Assembly (NCBI GenBank): GCA_045807245.1
Contig: JBJMHS010000008.1
Location: 1-64,000 of the forward strand
Length of the DNA stretch: 64,000 nucleotides
Direction of reading: 5' to 3'
Origin: Actinomycetales bacterium
GTDB lineage: Bacteria > Actinomycetota > Actinomycetes > Actinomycetales > CAVURS01
Of the stretch, positions 1 through 8,162 are shown piece by piece. The notes below the pieces were generated by a model. It made no database searches. It saw only the letters and a program-made list of their open reading frames with translations, and had not been told where the DNA came from. Each line of letters starts with the position of its first letter. The first letter of the stretch is position 1. A program made the translations under genes and the position numbers.

Positions 1-364
1 AGTGCCACGAGGGCCGACCCGCGATCCAGTGGCCGAATATCAGGGCACCAAGCCCGGCGACCAGCAGCAGCGTCGCTAGTAGCGCGAGCTTGGTTCGGTA
101 GAGCCGGTGAAGCGGGTCGTGCATAAACTACCGAAAGTATAGCAATTTGGTAGAGTAATTTGAAGACTGAACCGCGCCCTCTGGTAGGCGCCGGACCTCA
201 GCCGCCCCGCGTAAGGCGCTCCATCAGCCCGTACAACCGCGTCCGCACCGCCGCCCAACGCCCCGTCGCCTCGAAGCCCAGGACGACTCCGCCACCGCCA
301 CCGCTCATGGCCCCGCTCCCGTCTCCGCCCGTGGCCGGGTCTCCTTGACCTGGCCGTCCTGAAT

Positions 365-383
365 ATATCCCTGTTTGGGATAT
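365..383. promoter_or_regulatory. Perfect palindrome ATATCCC-N5-GGGATAT, probable operator of the adjacent XRE regulator
   Basis: 7-bp inverted repeat with TGTTT spacer, 27 bp upstream of the GTG at 411. Confidence 0.6.
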
Positions 384-410
384 CCGAGAATCGGCTTTGG
401 ACTCGTCACC

Positions 411-650
411 GTGGACAAGGCCATCCATGGCGAGGCGCAGAAGCGGCTTACCGCCCTTTTGCGATCCAGCCGACAGTCGGCCGGCCTCCGCCAGGTCGAC
501 GTCGCTGAGCGGCTAGGGGTCCATCAGTCGTTCGTAAGCAAATACGAGAGCGGCGAACGGCGACTTGACCTCATCGAGCTTGAGCAGGTATGTAGCGCGC
601 TCGGCCTAAGCCTTTCGGAATTTGTTCGCCAGTACCAGGGCGGCCGCTGA
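411..650 (+). CDS. Small XRE-family HTH transcriptional regulator
   Basis: LRSSRQSAGLRQVDVAERLGVHQSFVSKYESGERRLDLIEL is a canonical HTH_3 pattern; start reassigned to GTG 411. Confidence 0.88.
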   Translation: MDKAIHGEAQKRLTALLRSSRQSAGLRQVDVAERLGVHQSFVSKYESGERRLDLIELEQVCSALGLSLSEFVRQYQGGR

Positions 651-831
651 CGGGGCTGCATCCGTCCACAACGCTCGTCGCCTGTGCCCCGCTTTTCATC
701 GCGTGACCGTCGATTGTCTTCCGCGTCCGCGGCTATACATGAATTAATCGAGCCCCTGCTCTTCCGAGGACATCGCAGCCAACGAGTCTGGCCCCGTCGC
801 GTGGCCATTCCGGCAGCTGGCGTGCCTGGAT

Positions 832-1689
832 CTATGCACCCGCCGCGTGGACGGGACGAGCTCTGCTCACGACCACGTGCGACCGAGTGTCCCCGATGAC
901 GAGCTCCGTGCGGTCTGGCGTCAGCAAGCCTGTCGGGTCGACTTCGGACCGCAGCAAGAGCATGACGCGGTCGTCGAGTTCTTGGATCTCGCGATGGGAA
1001 GGCAAGGCGTCTGACCTAATTGGGGGAACGTGCACCGTCGGTTGGTTACCCATGTCGGGAAGCCGCAGTTTCAGGTATGCCTTAACTAGCGTCACGGCGT
1101 GATTGATCTGGGCCGGACTAGCCTCGACGCTTGGATCGGATGGGAACCCATGCCAGTAGGCCGCGCATCGCCGACAGCATGTCGCTGTGGCGTGCTGCGC
1201 ATAGGCAAGGATGTCCCGTGTGTATGGCACACGCGCACCCTGAAACTCGCTTGGGACCGTCAGCGCGTCCCGTATACGAACGCCGGCGCGCTTCTGCAGC
1301 TCGCGCATCCCAAGCCTCATCGCCTGGTTGGTTGCCCAGCGATCGATCGGTACCGTCCAGTAGTGCGCCCGGATCAACTCATGCTGCTGATCCGCAACGA
1401 TTCCGGCTAAGGTTTCCGGGTCGCCGTAGTTCCGACCTCCCTGATCCGGTAGGTCGACGACGTGCTTGCCGCAGTCACGACACGACCCTGCGGGCGTCGG
1501 ACCATCTTCCGGACGCGCACGCCTGAGATGGTCAAAGCAATGGCGGCCATGAGTACAGGACGCCATAACACACTGGATGCGCAGCGGGATTAGCCCAAGC
1601 CCGGCCGGCTCGCTCTCCAGCTCGATGTGGGTCCGCTCAATCTCCGCACGCAGGCGTTCGATCGTCTCCGGATCAATGTCGTGGTTCAC
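832..1689 (-). CDS. DUF4186-family protein with extra N-terminal Cys/His (Zn-binding-like) region
   Basis: AQHATATCCRRCAAYWHG signature; N-terminal C-x4-C-x4-HC...CxxC; start overlaps the upstream stop by 4 nt. Confidence 0.8.
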   Translation of the reverse strand: MNHDIDPETIERLRAEIERTHIELESEPAGLGLIPLRIQCVMASCTHGRHCFDHLRRARPEDGPTPAGSCRDCGKHVVDLPDQGGRNYGDPETLAGIVADQQHELIRAHYWTVPIDRWATNQAMRLGMRELQKRAGVRIRDALTVPSEFQGARVPYTRDILAYAQHATATCCRRCAAYWHGFPSDPSVEASPAQINHAVTLVKAYLKLRLPDMGNQPTVHVPPIRSDALPSHREIQELDDRVMLLLRSEVDPTGLLTPDRTELVIGDTRSHVVVSRARPVHAAGA

Positions 1690-3071
1690 GGCCCCACCCC
1701 GTCGATGAAGATCTCAAGGTCCAGTGAATCCAAGCGTGACAGATCCACGTAGTTGAACAAGCTGTTGCGCGCAATCAGCCATGCGTCGGTGGTGGTTGAG
1801 TGCAACCGATTCGCAGTCGGCCACCAATTGATCTCGCCGTTGCTAATCCGGTTCGCCACGTGGTCAGCCAAGATCCCAAGGGAGACATGGCCAGCAGCGG
1901 CCACCGCGGGAAGAACTGACTTCAGATTCGCGACCTCGTTGTGTGCTTCCGACACTGCTACATGCACCATCGCCTCGGCCTTCTCGCCCAAGAGTAGCTC
2001 TGAAGCGAAGTCATCGCCTCGCCTCTCCGCCGGCAAGGACCGCCATTCCTTAACGGACAACTCCGCTTCCAGAACCGCCGCCTCGTCTGGATGACGGGCA
2101 TGGTCCATCTCGTGACCGAGAAGGAAGGCCCATCGATCCACGCTGCGCGTTGGGTGTTTGAGGGCAATGACCGGACGCCCATCGATCCACCAGCAGGCGC
2201 CATGGAAAGCGCCTGGATCGGAAAGAGGCAGAACTGGAACGCCATGCGTCCAGCAAAGTTCCAGCAGGGACTCAAAGGGCTCTTCCGCTAGGCGTCCGCC
2301 CAATTGACTGCGAATCGCGGTGGCATCAGGAAGAGACGTGTACGGCACAGTGCAGACCGACACAAGCATCCGCGCTAGGTACTCCGCATAGTGAGCGTAC
2401 CCGTTGAGCAGTTCGCGGTTCGCGACGCTTGTCGTTCGGAACGCCCCCGCGTTCGCGAGACTCGGTACGGAGCCGCTCAGGAGACCGGCTGCATCGACGC
2501 TAAACACTCGAGCAGCCCGGGCGGCGGCATTCATCCATCCGGCGCCCGATCTCCCGCTAGCTGCCGCGCCGTAGAAGCGGCGATTGATGACGTCGGAACT
2601 GAGCCCCAGGGAGGAGAGAACACGCTTGAGGGCTGCGCCATTGCCTGACTTGGGAGGGAGAGCGACCTCGCCGCGAAAGGTCACGTCGAGGGCCGCCATC
2701 ACCTCCTGAAGGCGGGCGACACTTGCTCCCGCGTAATCGTTGGCTTCGTAACGTTGAATCTGTTGCTCTCGAAGGCTGAGTCGCTCCGCCAACTCCTTCT
2801 GAGTCATGTGTGAGGCGATTCGTGCCTCGATGAGAGTCCGCGGGAGATCGGCGAGCTGCGTTACCTCGCTCGAGAAAGGTCGACTGTGGTCGCGCAGAGC
2901 GACATAGTCGGACAGTTCCGCGTCCAACTCGACGATCTGCGCGTTCATCTCCACCCGAGACGCTTCCTTCACCCACTCCGGAGCGTCGGCGGACTCGAGC
3001 TGTGCCAGGTCACCTGCCAGCCGCTCTCGCTGCGTGGTCGACACTCGGTACTGGCGCTCGTTGCGGATCAT
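1686..3071 (-). CDS. XRE-HTH fused to ImmA/IrrE-family metallopeptidase
   Basis: LIEARIASHMTQKELAERLSLREQQIQRYEANDY HTH; FLLGHEMDH (HExxH) followed by ERRGDDFASELLL. Confidence 0.88.
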   Translation of the reverse strand: MIRNERQYRVSTTQRERLAGDLAQLESADAPEWVKEASRVEMNAQIVELDAELSDYVALRDHSRPFSSEVTQLADLPRTLIEARIASHMTQKELAERLSLREQQIQRYEANDYAGASVARLQEVMAALDVTFRGEVALPPKSGNGAALKRVLSSLGLSSDVINRRFYGAAASGRSGAGWMNAAARAARVFSVDAAGLLSGSVPSLANAGAFRTTSVANRELLNGYAHYAEYLARMLVSVCTVPYTSLPDATAIRSQLGGRLAEEPFESLLELCWTHGVPVLPLSDPGAFHGACWWIDGRPVIALKHPTRSVDRWAFLLGHEMDHARHPDEAAVLEAELSVKEWRSLPAERRGDDFASELLLGEKAEAMVHVAVSEAHNEVANLKSVLPAVAAAGHVSLGILADHVANRISNGEINWWPTANRLHSTTTDAWLIARNSLFNYVDLSRLDSLDLEIFIDGVGP

Positions 3072-3505
3072 GGCACCTCCTTTGGGTTGAGCAGGACGAT
3101 CCCTTTGGTTTTGCCTTCTCGGGTCTGCTGGAAGAAGTTGACGAAAGGCAGACCAGAGCCCCCTTCGATGCCTGCTATGAACACGTCGCCTAGGTACTTG
3201 GCCTTTCGTTGAGACCGGCCGATCGAATCCCTGGCTAGCAAGAGGGGGTCCAGCAGATCTGGACGGACCTCGGCCCAGTCCCAGCAGGCGTCATAGTCGC
3301 CCGGCTGGTCCTTGTCCGTTACGAAGCTCCCATCGAGGTAGAGAGCGGTGCACCCGGCAGCAGCGAGGGCCTGGCAGGCCAGCCGCAACGCGGCCATCAA
3401 GTGCCGCCGGCGATCATTGTGGGCGAAGGCCAGTTCGAGCTCGGTCCACGAGGCCGCATGGACCCCTGCGGGCAGGAGGCCATCTGCGGTGAGATCTGGA
3501 AGCAC
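3068..3505 (-). CDS. DUF6932-like minimal Pol-beta nucleotidyltransferase
   Basis: GLLPAGVH start and YLDGSFVTDKDQPGDYD (GS...DxD) motif; -10-like TAATGT 6 nt before GTG (leaderless). Confidence 0.82.
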   Translation of the reverse strand: MLPDLTADGLLPAGVHAASWTELELAFAHNDRRRHLMAALRLACQALAAAGCTALYLDGSFVTDKDQPGDYDACWDWAEVRPDLLDPLLLARDSIGRSQRKAKYLGDVFIAGIEGGSGLPFVNFFQQTREGKTKGIVLLNPKEVP

Positions 3506-3874
3506 GACACAACATTATCATTGGGTTGCTACCCGGATCAGTGGACGCGCCGGACCCGGGGTTGTGCGAAATACGTAGAAAATAGACAAAACCGCACGTG
3601 ATAAGCGTGTGGTCGCAGGAGCATGTCGGCCAGGGTCTTACTCGACGCTCTCCGGCGCCATGCGCACCCACACCCCTCTGCAGGGCAGTACCTCCTGGCG
3701 CGAGAGCCCAGGTGTGTAGGCCGTGTCTGCTACCAGCGCCACTGGCGTCGATAGGACTCTGGAGTCGCGTTACGAGCGGTGCTCGGGCTGGAATCCCGCT
3801 CGGTCATCGACGTAGACGCCTCCGCCTTCGACCCCAACGAGACCTGAGGGGACTGGTCGGTGTGGTTCTGCAGG

Positions 3875-4414
3875 TCAGGGAGCCGGGCTCGTAGCTGCTG
3901 CCAACGTGACCTCCGTCAGGTCGTCAACCGAGAGCTGTCCCGAATCCAGCGATATGCCGGCGACCTCCCGCAGCTGGAGCAGTTCGCTTTCGACCACGTG
4001 CTCTGCGGCCGAGGGACGTAGACCCGCGTCCCCTCGGCGTCGCCAGCGGCTGTCCAGCTCAGCTTCCCCGGCCGTGACGTAGATCAGAAGAGCGTCGGGA
4101 CGGGAGCGTCTCAATGCTTGGTTGATCGCGACGTGCCGGACTCCGTCGACTACGACCGGGCCGTGGTCAACACCTCTCAGCAGCATGTCGACGAACTCTT
4201 CGGGGCCCAGCGAGGCGACGAGTGCGGCGCCAAGGTCTTGCAAGGTGGGGCGATCGTCGCCCAGGCCACGCCGGCTCGCTTCGGCACGGACGAGCCCGCC
4301 GAAACTCAAGACAGGCATGCCGCTTCGTCGCCCCAATTCACGGGCCAAGGTGCTTTTTCCACTGCCCATGGGCCCGGCCAGTGCGATGGTCCTCACAGGA
4401 CTGAAAACGCCCAC
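3875..4414 (-). CDS. P-loop nucleoside-monophosphate-kinase-like protein (dephospho-CoA/cytidylate kinase fold)
   Basis: IALAGPMGSGKST Walker A, VVVDGVRH, LQDLG segment; overlaps the ASCH gene end. Confidence 0.82.
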   Translation of the reverse strand: MGVFSPVRTIALAGPMGSGKSTLARELGRRSGMPVLSFGGLVRAEASRRGLGDDRPTLQDLGAALVASLGPEEFVDMLLRGVDHGPVVVDGVRHVAINQALRRSRPDALLIYVTAGEAELDSRWRRRGDAGLRPSAAEHVVESELLQLREVAGISLDSGQLSVDDLTEVTLAAATSPAP

Positions 4415-4929
4415 TGCTTTGAAGGCGGTTCTGGGTGCGGGCGGACCGTCAGCCAGGCCTGCCGGCTCTGCTTAGCCAGAGCGACTGAGGCAACCGGCCG
4501 GATGTTCCCCAACCACATCAGACTCACGAAGCGGGCCAGCGCCTTCGCCTCGACGTACCCTTGCTCGTATCCGAGGCCGTCTTTGAACTCGTCTGTGATG
4601 TCGACAAGGTCTCCGAGCCCTGCGGCTTCGCGATATAGAACTCGGTCGATGGTCGCTGCCGCGACGATGGGACCGCCGCTTCTCTTGAACAGGACGACGT
4701 CACCTGGGCGAGCATGTCCGTAGGGTGCCATGTTGACCTTCGTCAGCCGCGATTCGATGTACTTTGCTCCAGTACACACTTTGTCGAGGTATGGCTCGAC
4801 CATTACGGCGATATGGATCACGCTGTCCAAGTCCGCACTCCAATCGCGAAGTTCTTGGAGGGACAACGGTTCGGAGCGTTCTTTAGAATGAGCACTTAGC
4901 CGCGTGCAAATGGCATTAAGTTGTCTCAT
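4393..4929 (-). CDS. ASCH/PUA-domain protein
   Basis: IHIAVMVEPYLDKVCTGAKYIESR (GxKxxExR) and PGDVVLFKRSGGPIVAAATI. Confidence 0.82.
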   Translation of the reverse strand: MRQLNAICTRLSAHSKERSEPLSLQELRDWSADLDSVIHIAVMVEPYLDKVCTGAKYIESRLTKVNMAPYGHARPGDVVLFKRSGGPIVAAATIDRVLYREAAGLGDLVDITDEFKDGLGYEQGYVEAKALARFVSLMWLGNIRPVASVALAKQSRQAWLTVRPHPEPPSKQWAFSVL

Positions 4930-4933
4930 GTAC

Positions 4934-6127
4934 CTATTCTACTCCGAGCGCAGCCAACGCAGAAGACTCGACACGGACAAGTTGTTGGAGCGAGTCGCCA
5001 AGATCGCCTTGCGGAGCTTGCCCCTGCGCGATCCGCGCCAGCGCGTCGATCACGGCCACGGGTCGGCCTGACCTAAAGACACGGTTCGAGGTGGTCCACA
5101 CGTTGACGAGAGCTCGCCGTGGATCTCTCGTCGAGACGCTATCGAGCACGTCGCCTTCGACGACACGGTCCAGGTCACCCGCTTCAGGTTGCTTCCCGGA
5201 CGAGTTCACCCGGAACCTGGTCCGCCCTACGACGACCTCAGTCCAATGACTACCCTCCGAAGTCCCGATCGCCGAGGGACGCTCCGGCTCGATACCGGGC
5301 AAACGCCGGAAGATCATAAGGTCGCCTCGTCGCCAGAACGGGTCAAAGCCCGGTAGTTCCGACGCGCGCAAGGCGGCGAGCTCGAAGGGCGGTGACTCGT
5401 AGGTCAGGGCCGAGGGCACCATCCGCTCGAGGACGAAGCCAGTGCGCGCGGCGAGATTATGGAGCTGAGCCCGTTCTCCTGGCATCGCCGGTCGAGTTCC
5501 GAGCCCAGGGCAACAAATCAGGAGTCGACCCAGTGGGGCGAGCATGCCGCCAGCGGCGTACATGAACGTCGCGATCGAGGGTGGGTACCAGGGCGGGTCG
5601 GCAATCACGAGGTCGACTTGGCCGGCAAGCTCACTCCAGGTCGCAGCCACGTCACCAGGGTGGACTTGGATCCGGTTACCCGAGACATCGAGCACTGCCT
5701 CGGTAGCGTCTCCGCGGCGCTCGAAGAGATGGACCCCAGCTTCGGTTCTCTCTCCAACTGCCAGGACTTCGGCCAGTCGAGGAGTACCCAGCAAGGCAAG
5801 GGTTGAAAAGCCTTGTAGTGTCGATAAGTATTCGTTTATCAGGTCATCACAGGACGGACGGGAGAACCACCACTCGAAGTCCAAAGGGTGAGGCAAGGGC
5901 AGCCCTGACTCGTTGGTGCTGAGGATGGGACGCACCTTGCTCCAGCTGCGCAGCGCAACTGGGACCTCAAGGCCCCCAGATTCCAGATCGTCGAGCACCT
6001 GGATCACGTCCGTCGGATAAAGGCCCTCGCACGCGCGGCATAGATCTTCAAGCGATCGGGCGGACGGCGCGGAGGCGCGCACGAGCTCGTAGGCGTACCT
6101 TCCGATTCCCTCGATCAATAGTGACAC
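4934..6127 (-). CDS. SAM-dependent amino (N6A/N4C-type) methyltransferase-like protein
   Basis: VDLVIADPPWY catalytic-type motif after Rossmann-like ALLGTP...HLFE...VHPGD; abuts the radical SAM stop. Confidence 0.72.
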   Translation of the reverse strand: MSLLIEGIGRYAYELVRASAPSARSLEDLCRACEGLYPTDVIQVLDDLESGGLEVPVALRSWSKVRPILSTNESGLPLPHPLDFEWWFSRPSCDDLINEYLSTLQGFSTLALLGTPRLAEVLAVGERTEAGVHLFERRGDATEAVLDVSGNRIQVHPGDVAATWSELAGQVDLVIADPPWYPPSIATFMYAAGGMLAPLGRLLICCPGLGTRPAMPGERAQLHNLAARTGFVLERMVPSALTYESPPFELAALRASELPGFDPFWRRGDLMIFRRLPGIEPERPSAIGTSEGSHWTEVVVGRTRFRVNSSGKQPEAGDLDRVVEGDVLDSVSTRDPRRALVNVWTTSNRVFRSGRPVAVIDALARIAQGQAPQGDLGDSLQQLVRVESSALAALGVE

Positions 6128-7114
6128 CTACCGGGGTACATTCTCGATGGTTGGCCGGGTCCCCGGGAAGCGGCGCTCCAGCTCGGTGGTCCAAGCGTCG
6201 AGGGCTGCGAACTGGTTTCGTAGCGCCTGTCGACTGGTGTCCGTAAGACGAGGTGTGACAGGTCCCCACTCAACGATTTTGAGCGGGATGCATCGCAAGG
6301 GGAGATATTCGCCTACGTCTTGTAGCCGGTCGAACAGTGAGGCCATCTTGGAGTCCAAGCCGTCCGATGTGTCGCAAGTGATTGTCAAGTAGACGTAGTA
6401 GTCGATCGTCGTCTCTTGATGGAGGCGGCCCAGCAACTCGAACTGTCGATCGAAGAGTGCGGGCTCGGCGAGTGTGTTGAAGGCGAACGAACGGGCATCG
6501 AAGCCCTTCAAGCAGACAGCACGTCCATAGAGCGGGTGGTCGCCAAGGTAGCGCCTTTGATCTTCGCTTAGGTAGCGCCAGAGGTAGTCGGTGCTCAGGT
6601 TGTCGTCTGACCACAGGTAGATGTCGTCACAGCCCGCACGATCGAGCGCGTGCCTGAACCACACGCTCCATTCAGGGGTCAGATCGGGCTGTCCTCCGCT
6701 TAGGTCGACTAGGTGTGGACGAGGATGAGCGCGGAGCGACCACTCGACCATGCGATCAACCGTGATCATGTGGCCGCGACGACCGCTGAGGTCACCGAAC
6801 GGGACGTAGCAGTACCAGCATCGCCAGTTGCAGCCGGCATTCTGAAAAACCTGGGCGACGATCACTGATGAGTCCGGCATCCCGAGGGCAGCGCAGGCGG
6901 GACGATTAGGTAGAGGATTCGCCGGCCAATCTTCGAACGACTCTTCGACGAAGGTGTGCAGTCGGCCAAATCCGTCACCGTTCAGGGGTGAACGGATGTC
7001 CTCCAGTTGGGCGCTGTCCGAGAAACGCGTCAAGGCAACCGACCTGGTCTCTGCATCAATGAGCAGGCCACGCAACCGTTCGGAGTCTGAATCGGTGTTG
7101 AGATAGCGCTTCAC
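6128..7114 (-). CDS. Radical SAM enzyme (uncharacterised, COG5014-like)
   Basis: GCNWRCWYC (CxxxCxxC), LSGGQP, CLKGFD...FDRQF; GAGGGG RBS before GTG. Confidence 0.9.
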   Translation of the reverse strand: MKRYLNTDSDSERLRGLLIDAETRSVALTRFSDSAQLEDIRSPLNGDGFGRLHTFVEESFEDWPANPLPNRPACAALGMPDSSVIVAQVFQNAGCNWRCWYCYVPFGDLSGRRGHMITVDRMVEWSLRAHPRPHLVDLSGGQPDLTPEWSVWFRHALDRAGCDDIYLWSDDNLSTDYLWRYLSEDQRRYLGDHPLYGRAVCLKGFDARSFAFNTLAEPALFDRQFELLGRLHQETTIDYYVYLTITCDTSDGLDSKMASLFDRLQDVGEYLPLRCIPLKIVEWGPVTPRLTDTSRQALRNQFAALDAWTTELERRFPGTRPTIENVPR

Positions 7115-8162
7115 TCCGACCCCCTCACTCTGATGCCACGACCCCCGTTATCTGGGCTACCGGACTAACTCCCAGGTGAACTGGCGAAACGGCCTGGCCA
7201 AAATCCGTGTAGTCAACGGTCGCGTTCGGATCTCCAGTTTGGCCGAGCACTCTTGGCGACCGTCGGCTATCACAGTAGTGCATCAAGATAACGGGTAGGC
7301 CTCCGTTCGCGGAAGTGGATCACTCCGTAGGACAAGAGAGAAGAGCTGGAGAGGCTTCACGTCTACATCGCTCATCAGCTCGGACACTTGATTCTGCATC
7401 AAGGAGTACAACAGCATACGAGAAACGATTCGAACTCCGGGCGAATGCTTTTTGGGCTACCCAGACCGTGGTTGCGTGTGTCGACCACCGCGTGCAGCTG
7501 CTTTGGGGAAGACTGGGCGTCGCCAGACGGAACGACTGCCACGATCGAGCCCCCGATCGTGTCTCGACCAGCGTTGTCGGACGGGAAATACACCATCACA
7601 CGATAAGCAGCTAGGGCACGACAGCGGCAAGCGGGGATGTGCCCTTCATCGACCCACGGTTCGGTCGGGATCGCCATGTCGACATGGCGGCCAAGCCGCC
7701 GGTCACACAGCGTCCTTCTGTGAACTGAGAAGGGCTCGTAGGCATGTCGTCGACGGAGCGCGACGTGGTCACGGTCGTAGGCCGTGTTCAGTAGCCGCGT
7801 CATAACGACCAGGATGACCGACCAGGTGGCGGGGATGCGAGCCTCATTCATGGCGGGCGGCCTGGCCTTTGCACGTCTGGGTGGGTACAGGTGACTGATT
7901 CGTTCGATCCGTTGGCTACTGATCCGTGCCCGGGGCCAGGGTTCGTGAGCACGCCGGACAGCCACCAAGCTGTAGCGGGGGGCGCTTCGCTCTGCGATAA
8001 CTAGACGGCCGAGAGGGCCAATGCCTCTCCGCTTCGAGTTGCTCAGTGGACGGTCTAACTTCTCAAAAGTTTTGGTAAAGCCTCTTGGCAAGTCCTGCTG
8101 TAACTGTAAGTGTGTGCCCGATCACGGTCCGCAGGGGGTCGTCGGGACTGAACGGATCTTCC

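Noticed and set aside
128..153. Resemblance to lox or dif sites
   Set aside because: Only superficial; arm lengths and sequence do not match either consensus
6128..7114. Calling the radical SAM a viperin or QueE (7-deazaguanine system)
   Set aside because: The motif context does not resemble viperin, and no folE/queC/queD/dpdA genes are nearby
7399..8091. 230-aa ORF between the rSAM and Rhs genes
   Set aside because: Arg-rich, no RBS or recognisable motif; at most a small remnant inside it
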